The notes under the pieces: model-generated
What the model saw: the letters and a program-made list of their open reading frames with translations, nothing else
Databases searched by the model: none
Told to the model about the DNA's origin: nothing
Part shown: positions 39,865-48,477 of the stretch, piece by piece
How positions within the stretch are numbered: the first letter of the stretch is position 1
Layout of the letters: each line of letters starts with the position of its first letter
Program-made: the position numbers and the translations under genes
NCBI GenBank assembly: GCA_035390125.1
Contig: DAOOTD010000002.1
Location: 233,908-297,907, forward strand
Source: Candidatus Moraniibacteriota bacterium
GTDB lineage: Bacteria; Patescibacteriota; Minisyncoccia; Moranbacterales; GWC2-37-73
Length of the DNA stretch: 64,000 nucleotides
Direction: 5' to 3'

Positions 39865-42180
39865 ATGTATTTAAAAAAAGTTGAAATATCAGGATTTAAA
39901 TCTTTTGCCAACAAAGTCACACTGGAATTTTTGCCAGCGGGAAATTTTAATAGTGACTCCAAAAACAAAGGCATAACTTCTATTGTCGGACCTAATGGAT
40001 CAGGAAAGTCTAATGTGGCAGATGCAATAAAATGGGCCATGGGGGAACAGTCCATGAAAACGCTTCGTGGCAAAAAATCAGAAGATGTTATTTTTGCTGG
40101 TTCGGGAACAAAAGCCAGACTGTCTAGTGCGCATGTTTCTCTTTATTTTGACAATAAAGATAAGCGTATTCCTTTGGAATTTTCTGAAGTCGAAATATCT
40201 AGGAAGATTTACCGTAGTGGAGAATCAGAATATCTTATTAATGGCAGTAAGACTCGACTTATTGATGTTGTCGATTTATTAGCCAAAGCCGGCATAGGAA
40301 AAGAAAGTTACTGTGTTATCAATCAAGGCATGTCAGATGCTTTTCTAAATGCATCTTCCATAGATAGGCGCAGTGTTCTGGAAGATGCAGCCGGAGTGAA
40401 GCAATATCAGATTAAAAAACAGCGAGCAGCTAAGAAAATTGATTGGACCAGAGAAAACATGGAAAGGGTAAGTGGGCTTATACGCGAAATAGAACCTCAT
40501 CTAAAGATGCTTAAGCGCCAGGCGCAAAAAGCCCAGCAAGGAAAAGAAATTGCAGAGAAACTCAAAGAAAGACAAAATAAACTATTTTCTTTTTTGTGGC
40601 ACCAATTTCAGTTAGAACAGGAACAATTTTCACGGGAAAAAGATAGCCTTGGAGCTTTAATGATGAATACGCAGAGGGAAGTAGATAAGATAAATGATGA
40701 ACTAAGTAAGGAATCGGCTGATGCACAGGAATCAAAAAAACAAAATGAGTTAGAGAAAAAACAGTCGGAAATAAGGCAAAAAATAAATGAAATCGAACGA
40801 GAGCTTATTATTTCAGAGGGGCGCATTGTAGTTGAAAAAGAAAAAATGGCCAGCCAAAAAATAATAGAAATTATTCCGGTTGATCTCAAATATGTTCAGG
40901 AAAAAATTAAACATATCCGTGAAGCACAGGAAAGATTGATAAAAGAAGTTGAAGGAGCAGAAAGCCTAGAAGAATTGCAAGATATTAAAGAGCATGCACG
41001 GGCTATCCAACAGCAGTTGCATGATTTATATGAAGAATCAGGAAAAGGAGAAGTTTCAGTAAAAAAGGATAATTCAAAAGAAACGCAGGAAATTCAAAAT
41101 AAAATCAACGAGTTGGAAAATAAGAAAAAAGATCTACTTAGCTCAGAAAATAAATTAAAAACCGAACTTGAAAAAACAGAAAAGGAAATAAACCAAGAAA
41201 TGCAGAAAGCAAAGGAGTTGAGAGAAAGATTTTTCCAATTAGAACGTGAATCCAGAAACAAACAGGAGCAACTTTCTGGCCTAAAAGACCAATTTAATGA
41301 AGCAAAAATAAAATTAGCTAAGATAGAGGTTCGTGAGGAGGATTTAACCAATGAAATAAAGAATTCTCTCAAACAGGATCCAGGCGAACTCAAATATGAC
41401 GGCCAATCTGTAGAAAAAGAAATATTGGAACATGAAATAGAGCGCTTGAAGATGCAAATGGAACAAATCGGAGGAATTGATCCGATGATTGTTCAGGAAT
41501 ATAACGAAACAAGTGCCCGTTTCGATTTTCTTACCCAGGAGCTCAAAGATTTGGCTGATGCTTTAATATCATTAGAAGCTGTTATAAAAGAGATGGATCA
41601 GCGTATAAATTCCGAGTTTGAAAAAGCTTTTGAACAGATCAACAAGGAATTCACAAAATATTTCCGGACTATTTTTGGAGGTGGCAATGCTTATCTGACT
41701 AAAATTAAAATTCCTCCGCGTGGCGTTTATGAAGAAAAAAATAACGAAAATCAAGAAAATATTGAAGAAGTTGAAAATGAGGAAGAAAAAAAAGAAGAAA
41801 AAAGATATGAAATTGGCATTGACATTTATGCCTGCCCTCCGGGCAAGAAAATTGCCAATCTGCCCATGCTTTCTGGTGGAGAAAGGTCTTTGACGGCTCT
41901 AGCATTATTATTTGCCGTTATCTCATATAATCCACCGCCATTCGCCATCCTGGATGAAGTTGAAGCTGCACTTGATGAAGCTAACTCCAGAAGGTTTGGA
42001 AAAATTTTGCAGGATCTTTCTGATTCGACCCAGTTTATAGCTATTACTCATAACCGCGAAACTATGCGTCAGTCAGCTCTATTATATGGTGTGACAATGG
42101 GAGAGGATGGAATTTCAAAACTGCTTTCAGTAAAGATTGACCAGGTTGATCAGAGTGGAGAAATTATTCCAAAAAAATAG
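39865..42180 (+). CDS. smc: SMC-family chromosome partition ATPase, short form without recognisable hinge
   Basis: N-terminus FKSF...GPNGSGKSN...WAMGEQS; C-terminus LSGGERSLTALALLFAV...ILDEVEAALD. Only about 770 aa, with coiled coil in between. Confidence 0.75.
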   Translation: MYLKKVEISGFKSFANKVTLEFLPAGNFNSDSKNKGITSIVGPNGSGKSNVADAIKWAMGEQSMKTLRGKKSEDVIFAGSGTKARLSSAHVSLYFDNKDKRIPLEFSEVEISRKIYRSGESEYLINGSKTRLIDVVDLLAKAGIGKESYCVINQGMSDAFLNASSIDRRSVLEDAAGVKQYQIKKQRAAKKIDWTRENMERVSGLIREIEPHLKMLKRQAQKAQQGKEIAEKLKERQNKLFSFLWHQFQLEQEQFSREKDSLGALMMNTQREVDKINDELSKESADAQESKKQNELEKKQSEIRQKINEIERELIISEGRIVVEKEKMASQKIIEIIPVDLKYVQEKIKHIREAQERLIKEVEGAESLEELQDIKEHARAIQQQLHDLYEESGKGEVSVKKDNSKETQEIQNKINELENKKKDLLSSENKLKTELEKTEKEINQEMQKAKELRERFFQLERESRNKQEQLSGLKDQFNEAKIKLAKIEVREEDLTNEIKNSLKQDPGELKYDGQSVEKEILEHEIERLKMQMEQIGGIDPMIVQEYNETSARFDFLTQELKDLADALISLEAVIKEMDQRINSEFEKAFEQINKEFTKYFRTIFGGGNAYLTKIKIPPRGVYEEKNNENQENIEEVENEEEKKEEKRYEIGIDIYACPPGKKIANLPMLSGGERSLTALALLFAVISYNPPPFAILDEVEAALDEANSRRFGKILQDLSDSTQFIAITHNRETMRQSALLYGVTMGEDGISKLLSVKIDQVDQSGEIIPKK

Positions 42181-42330
42181 ATAATCCTTTTATCCTGTAT
42201 GGGTTAAAATTTCCTGACTATTGACAAAAAGGCAAATAAGCTATTCCAAATATTTAAAAAAAGCTGTATAATCAAAGTATGCATGAGTCACATGCAAAAT
42301 TAATAATAATTAATTAAATAATAAAAAGTT

Positions 42331-42612
42331 ATGGCAAAAATGACGAAGTCACAGGTTGTGACAGCTTTGTCTGAAAAAACAGGCTTGGCAAAAAAAGAGG
42401 TTGCTGGATTTCTTGACAATCTCTCAGCACTTGCTTACGGAGAAGTAAAAAAGAATGGAGAATTTGTTCTCCCAGGTTTTGGAAAAATGGTAAAAGCAAA
42501 ACGCAAAGCTAGAGTAGGAGTTAATCCTGCAACTGGAGAAAAGATCCAAATTGCCGCAAAAACTGTGGTTAAGTTCCGCTTGGCAAAAGCTGCAAAAGAA
42601 GCAGTTCTTTAG
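42331..42612 (+). CDS. hup: DNA-binding protein HU
   Basis: HU/IHF fold; GFGKM...RKARVGVNPATGEKIQIAAK. Confidence 0.9.
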   Translation: MAKMTKSQVVTALSEKTGLAKKEVAGFLDNLSALAYGEVKKNGEFVLPGFGKMVKAKRKARVGVNPATGEKIQIAAKTVVKFRLAKAAKEAVL

Positions 42613-42636
42613 GTCTTGAGCTTTTTGATATATACA

Positions 42637-42670
42637 AAGCCCTTATTTTCATAAGGGCTTTTGTTTTTTA
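42637..42670 (+). terminator. Rho-independent terminator after hup
   Basis: AAGCCCTTAT-tttc-ATAAGGGCTTTTGTTTTTT. Confidence 0.65.
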
Positions 42671-42762
42671 TTGTTTTTATGATATAATTTAAGCTAGAAA
42701 ATATTATTTTTTAATAATTTCAATGTAAATTTGTTTTAATAATTTTGCATTGTATTAAAAAA

Positions 42763-45141
42763 ATGAATACAAAAATCAGTTTTGTAACTTTATTTTCAGT
42801 CTTATCACTTGTTCTTGTTTGTGGAATTTTTCTTCCCATAAAAACAGTAAATGCCGCGGTTGGTTCTTTTTCTTGTTCTGATTATCAAACTGCTCCTACT
42901 GGTTCTGGCTTCGGCTATATAACGCTTTGGAATAATAAAATTACAGGAACAATAACCAGTTCTGTTAGTCCAGGAGGAACCGTAACAGTTTATTTGAAAG
43001 ATATATCCTATACGGGTACAGGCTCGCAGGAATGGCATAAACCAGTATATGGCACTATAGGTGGAGTTCAGAGATCTTTTACTGGATCAAACCAAGCAGT
43101 ACCTGGCAGTGGCTATCTTCCTTATTTTGAAAGTACTCAAACTTTTCCTGCTCCCTCTACTCCGGGAACTTATACATTACAATTAACAAGTAGCTGGGAT
43201 GGAAGAAATTTATGTTCCTGTTCTTCCTGCAGTGCTGGTACTTTTACAGTTACTGCTCCTGCCTACTGCACTTTGCCTTGGGGAGGAACAATATCAAACG
43301 GCGCCTCAGTTTATGCTTATTATTATCCTTCAGTTGCCTGTGGCTTAGATTGTGCTAATTACCGTCAGACACGAACTTGCAATAATGGAGTTTTGAGTAA
43401 TTCAAATACTTATCAAAGTTGCTATACACAGGCTTGTGCTTCATGCAGTCTCCCTTGGGGCGGAACCGTGGCTCATGGCGGTTCAGTGACTGCCTACGCT
43501 TCAGGTTCAGTTCCTTGTGGATCATCCTGCACCAGCCAGACTAGAACCTGCAGCAATGGAACACTTAGTGGTTCATATACTAATTCAAGTTGTAGTGTAG
43601 CAGCTTGTGCCTGCAATCTACCCTGGGGAGGCACATTAACTCATGGCGGTTCAGTGACTGCCTACGCTTCAGGTTCAGTTCCTTGTGGATCATCCTGCAC
43701 CAGCCAGACTAGAACCTGCAGCAATGGAACACTTAGTGGTTCATATACTAATTCAAGTTGTAGTGTAGCAGCCTGTGCTTCCTGTACTTCACCCTGGGGC
43801 ACAACTGTAGTTCATGGCAGTTCTATTACTGCTTATCTTTCCAATTCAGCTGCAACATGTACTAGTCAGACAAGGACATGCAACAATGGAACATTAAGTG
43901 GTTCATATATATACCAAACTTGTACACGTTCTTGTACTTTGCCCTGGGGCGGAACAGTGGCTAGCGGTTCTTCTTTTACTGCCTATCAATCAAGTTCAGT
44001 GCCTTATGGGTCATCCTGTGTCAGCCAGACCAGAACCTGTACTGATGGAACATTAAGTGGTTCATACTCTAATCAAACTTGCAATGTAGCAGCCCCAGCT
44101 TCATGCAGTCTCCCTTGGGGCGGAACCGTGGCTCATGGCGGTTCAGTGACTGCCTACGCTTCAGGTTCAGTTCCTTGTGGATCATCCTGCACCAGCCAGA
44201 CTAGAACCTGCAGCAATGGAACACTTAGTGGTTCATATACTAATTCAAGTTGTAGTGTAACACCCTGCCCTTGCACCTTGCCTTGGGGAGGAACCCTAGC
44301 TCACGGAAGCTCAGTAACTGCTTATTTGTCCAGTTCAGCTGTAACCTGCACCAGTCAAACAAGAACATGCAATAATGGAACACTTAGCGGTTCATATACG
44401 TATCAAAGCTGTTTACGCTCATGCGCTATACCTTGGGGCGGAACAGTAGCTAGCGGTTCTTCTTTTACTGCCTATCAATCAAATTCAGTTCCTTGTGGAT
44501 CATCCTGCACCAGCCAGACCAGAACCTGCACTAATGGAACACTAACTGGTTCATATTCCAACAGAACTTGCAGCGTAGCACCTTGTCCTTGTACTTCACC
44601 TTGGGGTACAACCGTGGCTCATGGCAGTTCTATCACTGCCTACTCCTCAAGTTCAGTAGCCTGCGGATCATCCTGTGATAGTGTCAAACAAAATAGAACC
44701 TGCACCAATGGAGTCTTGAGCGGAACAGCCACCAACCAAAACTGCAGCGTAGCACCTTGTCCCTGCACCACGCCTTGGGGCACAACTGTAGCTAGCGGCA
44801 GTTCAGTCGACGCCTATAAAGACAGCTATGCACCTTATGGATCAGAGTGTGTCAAAGAAACTAGACAATGCACGGATGGAAGCTTAAATGGTTCCTATAC
44901 CAACCAGAGCTGCTGTCAGGCAGATAACTGCGAGCAAAGAACCTGCCAAGGCAAGCAATGCAATAATGGCTGCAAGCTTATGGATGGCGTCAAAACTGAC
45001 GGTGCCTGCTGTGTCTCAAATGGTTGTGAAAAAAACACCTGCAAAGGCAAAACTTGCGATAATGGATGTATTTCTAACGCCTATGGAACCAAGAAATGTT
45101 CCGGCCCAGTAGGCCCAGGCATTTGGACGGAGATATATTAA
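42763..45141 (+). CDS. Secreted cysteine-rich tandem-repeat protein (about 10 repeats of about 47-57 aa) with a Cys-rich C-terminal domain
   Basis: Signal peptide MNTKISFVTLFSVLSLVLVCGIFLPIKTVNA. Repeats follow C-x-LPWGGTVAHGGSVTAY-x6-CGSSCTSQTRTC-x-NGTLSGSY-x4-C. The C-terminus is CCQADNCEQRTC...CKGKTCDNGC. Confidence 0.7.
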   Translation: MNTKISFVTLFSVLSLVLVCGIFLPIKTVNAAVGSFSCSDYQTAPTGSGFGYITLWNNKITGTITSSVSPGGTVTVYLKDISYTGTGSQEWHKPVYGTIGGVQRSFTGSNQAVPGSGYLPYFESTQTFPAPSTPGTYTLQLTSSWDGRNLCSCSSCSAGTFTVTAPAYCTLPWGGTISNGASVYAYYYPSVACGLDCANYRQTRTCNNGVLSNSNTYQSCYTQACASCSLPWGGTVAHGGSVTAYASGSVPCGSSCTSQTRTCSNGTLSGSYTNSSCSVAACACNLPWGGTLTHGGSVTAYASGSVPCGSSCTSQTRTCSNGTLSGSYTNSSCSVAACASCTSPWGTTVVHGSSITAYLSNSAATCTSQTRTCNNGTLSGSYIYQTCTRSCTLPWGGTVASGSSFTAYQSSSVPYGSSCVSQTRTCTDGTLSGSYSNQTCNVAAPASCSLPWGGTVAHGGSVTAYASGSVPCGSSCTSQTRTCSNGTLSGSYTNSSCSVTPCPCTLPWGGTLAHGSSVTAYLSSSAVTCTSQTRTCNNGTLSGSYTYQSCLRSCAIPWGGTVASGSSFTAYQSNSVPCGSSCTSQTRTCTNGTLTGSYSNRTCSVAPCPCTSPWGTTVAHGSSITAYSSSSVACGSSCDSVKQNRTCTNGVLSGTATNQNCSVAPCPCTTPWGTTVASGSSVDAYKDSYAPYGSECVKETRQCTDGSLNGSYTNQSCCQADNCEQRTCQGKQCNNGCKLMDGVKTDGACCVSNGCEKNTCKGKTCDNGCISNAYGTKKCSGPVGPGIWTEIY
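43260..44890 (+). repeat. Coding tandem repeat array with nucleotide-identical blocks
   Basis: Blocks of about 130-160 nt occur at about 43441-43600, 43630-43760 and 44101-44260 and read identical or near-identical. Confidence 0.8.
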
Positions 45142-45213
45142 TTACTAGCAGTTTTTAATTTAGAAAGTCAATATTTTATTATCTAGTTAAAAATAATTAT
45201 TAAAAATAAAAAA

Positions 45214-45768
45214 ATGAAAAAAATTATTATCTCAATTTTTTTATTAACGGGAGGAATGGTTGTTTTATCAGGCTGTTCTCAGTATCAAACAAGCCAAAAT
45301 AATCAGGCAACAAAAATAATTTCTGAAAAATCAAAAGTTAATCAGGCATCTGAAGCAGAAGGCTATCTGGTTGTTGATGAAATAAAAATAAAGCTGCCTC
45401 CTGATTGGAAAATAGAGAAAAAAGAATCAGATAAAATTTATATAAAAGATAATAAATTGGAAACAGAATATAACACGCTCCTTACTGTTAAATTTGAAAA
45501 GAATCCTCCGGCTATGCTCGATGATTACAAAAATGGAAAAAATATCGGATTCGATAACATGAAAGATGAAAAAAATGAAATATTCAAAAATGCTTGTTCT
45601 GGAATTGCTTGTAATGGAATTATTTCTGATGGTAATATTTACTACCTTGTTTGGGCAGTGGAAACCGATCAACCTGCTCCTGAAAATCTAAAAGGGAGTT
45701 GGGAACCAGAGCATCATTTCAACACGGATAACATCTGGGAAATGCTTAAAAATATAATCGTTCAATAA
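45214..45768 (+). CDS. Hypothetical lipoprotein
   Basis: Signal peptide plus lipobox LSGC; downstream of the repeat protein. Confidence 0.55.
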   Translation: MKKIIISIFLLTGGMVVLSGCSQYQTSQNNQATKIISEKSKVNQASEAEGYLVVDEIKIKLPPDWKIEKKESDKIYIKDNKLETEYNTLLTVKFEKNPPAMLDDYKNGKNIGFDNMKDEKNEIFKNACSGIACNGIISDGNIYYLVWAVETDQPAPENLKGSWEPEHHFNTDNIWEMLKNIIVQ

Positions 45769-45801
45769 TATTGAAAATAAGAAGCTTATTCTTAATAAAA
45801 T

Positions 45802-45826
45802 AAAAACCCCTAAAATAGGGGTTTTT
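45802..45826 (+). terminator. Rho-independent terminator
   Basis: AAAAACCCCT-aaaat-AGGGGTTTTTG. Confidence 0.65.
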
Positions 45827-45838
45827 GCATTAAATTCT

Positions 45839-45866
45839 TGACAAAATTTATAATTCGGATATACTG
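45839..45866 (+). promoter_or_regulatory. Promoter TTGACA-N16-TATACT for rpsP
   Basis: Read directly. Confidence 0.4.
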
Positions 45867-45953
45867 GATAAGTACTAAAAATCGGCCTAAATAAGGGCAA
45901 AGAAGGGAGTATTGATGATACTCAATAATTTGTTTACAGCAAAAATATAAAAT

Positions 45954-46433
45954 ATGTTAGCAATTAGATTTGAAAGAGTTGGAAGAAAAAATAAAGCTCA
46001 ATTCAGAATTGTGCTACAGGAACACACTGTCGCTCCGGGAGGGCGTCATGTTGCTGTGCTTGGAAATTATGATCCACATCAGAAAAAAGCTGTTTTTAAG
46101 GCAGAAAAAATAAAGGAATGGATAGCAAAAGGAGCCCAGGTTTCTGATAGTGTTTATAATCTTTTTATTAGAGAAGGTGTTATTGAAGGAAAGAAGCGGT
46201 CAATAAAAATGGAAAAACCAAAAACTAAGGAAATCCCAGCTGAGCCAGTTGAAGAAGAAGCAAAGACAGAAGAGCCTAAAGTTGAGGAAACCAAATCCGA
46301 GAATCCTGTTGCTGAAATTAAAGAAGAAATAAAGACTGAAGAGCCTAAAGTTGAAACTGTTAAAGAAATAATTGCTGAAATTAAAGAAGAAGTAAAACCT
46401 GAAGAACCTAAGATTGAGGAAGCTGTTAAATAA
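45954..46433 (+). CDS. rpsP: 30S ribosomal protein S16 with K/E/P-rich repeat C-terminal extension
   Basis: MLAIRFERVGRKNKAQFRIV core, then EEPKVE/EIKEE repeats. Confidence 0.85.
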   Translation: MLAIRFERVGRKNKAQFRIVLQEHTVAPGGRHVAVLGNYDPHQKKAVFKAEKIKEWIAKGAQVSDSVYNLFIREGVIEGKKRSIKMEKPKTKEIPAEPVEEEAKTEEPKVEETKSENPVAEIKEEIKTEEPKVETVKEIIAEIKEEVKPEEPKIEEAVK

Positions 46434-46585
46434 GATATTTGGAAAATTTAATATAGTAAGTCCGCAGACAATGGGAGGCTGTAAAAAAGCGTAATACCCA
46501 TCGAGGAATATCAGAAACATTTTAATGTTTTTGGTAACAAAGGTCGATCTGTGGAAACGCAGATTTTTTAATTGCAAATAATATC
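46434..46585 (+). promoter_or_regulatory. L10 leader region with intrinsic attenuator hairpin (46547..46572)
   Basis: AUCUGUG-GAAA-CGCAGAU followed by UUUUUU immediately upstream of the rplJ start; about 150 nt leader. Confidence 0.4.
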
Positions 46586-47107
46586 ATGTTAACAAAACAA
46601 CAAAAAATTGAACTCGTAAAAAATTTGACCGAAAAGATTAAAGTTGCAAAAACAGCTGTTTTTGTCGATTTTAAAGGACTTAAAGTAAAAGATTCAACTG
46701 ATCTTAAAAAAGCTTTAAGAGCTGAAGGAGTAGATTATGTGGTAGTTCGCAAAACGCTTCTTGATATAGCGCTTAAAAACGCTGGAATTAAAGGAATAAG
46801 CACAAAAACAATGGAAGGACAGGTAGCTTTGTCTCTTTCTAATATTGATGAAGTGGCTGGAGCTAAAATAATCGATAAATTTGCCAAGACAAATGAAAAT
46901 ATTAAAATGTTGGGAGGATTTCTTGGCGAACAGATTATGGATGCCGCTGAAGTCAAAGCTTTGGCAAAAATTCCATCTAGAGAAGAGCTTTTAGCAAAAC
47001 TTGTTGGAACACTCAATGCACCTGTTAGTGGGTTCGTGAATGTTTTGGCAGGAAATTTGCGAGGTTTGGTTCAGGTTCTTAATGCGATAAAAGAACAAAA
47101 AGCGTAA
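46586..47107 (+). CDS. rplJ: 50S ribosomal protein L10
   Basis: L10 sequence. Confidence 0.9.
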   Translation: MLTKQQKIELVKNLTEKIKVAKTAVFVDFKGLKVKDSTDLKKALRAEGVDYVVVRKTLLDIALKNAGIKGISTKTMEGQVALSLSNIDEVAGAKIIDKFAKTNENIKMLGGFLGEQIMDAAEVKALAKIPSREELLAKLVGTLNAPVSGFVNVLAGNLRGLVQVLNAIKEQKA

Positions 47108-47143
47108 GTTGATTAATTAAAATAATTTAAAATACTAAACAAT

Positions 47144-47551
47144 ATGACTGAAGAAAAAAAAGAAGTAAAAGTTCCTGCAAAATTTGAAAAAATTGTTGCA
47201 GAAATTGAAAAAATGAGCGTGCTTGATCTTTCGGAATTAGTGAATATTCTGGAAGATAAGTTTGGTGTAAGTGCGGCTGCTCCAATGATGATGGGAGCCA
47301 TGCCAGCAGCCGGAGGTGCTGCTGAAACAGCTGAAGAAAAGTCTGAATTCGATGTCGAATTAACTTCAGCCGGAGCTCAGAAAATCAACGTGATTAAGGC
47401 TGTTCGTGAAATTACTGGGCAAGGCCTTAAGGAAGCAAAAGACTTGGTTGATGCAGCTCCAAAGATGGTGAAAGAAAAAGTTGCTAAAGCACAAGCTGAA
47501 GAAATTAAGAAAAAATTGGAAGAAGCTGGTGCCACAGTAACATTAAAATAA
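47144..47551 (+). CDS. rplL: 50S ribosomal protein L7/L12
   Basis: Ala-rich hinge and a conserved C-terminal domain. Confidence 0.95.
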   Translation: MTEEKKEVKVPAKFEKIVAEIEKMSVLDLSELVNILEDKFGVSAAAPMMMGAMPAAGGAAETAEEKSEFDVELTSAGAQKINVIKAVREITGQGLKEAKDLVDAAPKMVKEKVAKAQAEEIKKKLEEAGATVTLK

Positions 47552-47574
47552 TTCTGCATTTCAATTCAAAAATT

Positions 47575-47598
47575 AAACCCCGATTAATCGGGGTTTTT
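47575..47598 (+). terminator. Rho-independent terminator after rplL
   Basis: AAACCCCGAT-taat-CGGGGTTTTTG. Confidence 0.7.
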
Positions 47599-47651
47599 GA
47601 TATTATTATAAAATTAATAGGCGGATAATTTGCAAATATGCAAAGTCTGTC

Positions 47652-47679
47652 TTGACAATAAAAAAATTTCTTATAAAAT
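47652..47679 (+). promoter_or_regulatory. Promoter TTGACA-N16-TAAAAT (hsp20)
   Basis: Read directly. The same architecture recurs at 48384..48411 upstream of htrA. Confidence 0.45.
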
Positions 47680-47684
47680 AATAA

Positions 47685-47711
47685 TTAGCAGTCTATGACT
47701 GTGAGTGCTAA
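47685..47711. promoter_or_regulatory. CIRCE element (HrcA operator) TTAGCAGTC-N9-GAGTGCTAA
   Basis: One mismatch to the consensus TTAGCACTC-N9-GAGTGCTAA. It lies directly downstream of the -10 and upstream of hsp20. Confidence 0.75.
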
Positions 47712-47847
47712 TTATTAAATTTACAATTTCTTCTGAATATTTTTAGTTTAAAATAAGTATAAAAATATAGAATTAAAAATAATCAAGATAATTTATTGTA
47801 ATAATTGATATAAGGAATAAAAATTTAGAAAGGAGGTGAGAATCATT

Positions 47848-48255
47848 ATGACAAGAGGATTAATGCGATGGTCTCCTATGTGGGACATGGAAAAAATTTT
47901 CGATGATGGTTTATGGGAAGGGAATGATTTTTCTCCAGCTATTGATGTTAGCCAAGACAAGGATAATGTTATTATAGAAACATCTCTTCCTGGTATCGAT
48001 CCTGATAAAGTTGATATCTCAGTAGAGAATGATGTTCTCACTATTTCAGGACATACTGAAGAAAAAAAGGAGACTAAGAGAGAAAACTATTACCGCAAAG
48101 AAATAAGAGAAGGATCTTTTTCTCGCTCCATAATTCTGCCAATGGGAGTTAAAGCTGATCAGGCGGAAGCGAGCTATGAAAAAGGTATCCTTATGGTTTC
48201 TTTGCCTAAAGCTGATGAAGCCAAGCCGAAAAAGATTTCCATTAAAGCCAAATAG
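47848..48255 (+). CDS. Small heat shock protein (Hsp20/alpha-crystallin family)
   Basis: Alpha-crystallin domain; an RBS AAAGGAGGTG lies 9 nt upstream of the ATG. Confidence 0.85.
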   Translation: MTRGLMRWSPMWDMEKIFDDGLWEGNDFSPAIDVSQDKDNVIIETSLPGIDPDKVDISVENDVLTISGHTEEKKETKRENYYRKEIREGSFSRSIILPMGVKADQAEASYEKGILMVSLPKADEAKPKKISIKAK

Positions 48256-48383
48256 TTTTTTCACAGGTTGCTTGATTCATCAAGCAACCACATGAAAAAA
48301 GTATATTTTTTAGCATTTAATTGAGAAAAATTTGTCCAAAAATTGATTAATGATAATAACAAAAAAATAATTTTAACTTTGTA

Positions 48384-48411
48384 TTGACAGTTAAAAAATT
48401 TTTTATAAAAT
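48384..48411 (+). promoter_or_regulatory. Promoter TTGACA-N16-TAAAAT (htrA), without CIRCE
   Basis: Read directly. Confidence 0.4.
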
Positions 48412-48477
48412 AGTAGTTGAAGAATCGCATATTCAAAATACTGGTTCTTTTATATAATAAATTTTAATATAAAAAAT

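Noticed and set aside
44888-45112. 74-aa + strand ORF in an alternate frame inside the repeat-protein gene.
   Set aside because: An alternate-frame artefact of a Cys/Thr/Ser-rich repeat sequence; no start context.
42745-45141. Possibility that the tandem repeats are a CRISPR array.
   Set aside because: Repeats are about 140-170 nt, coding, in frame, and without unique spacers. No cas genes are present.
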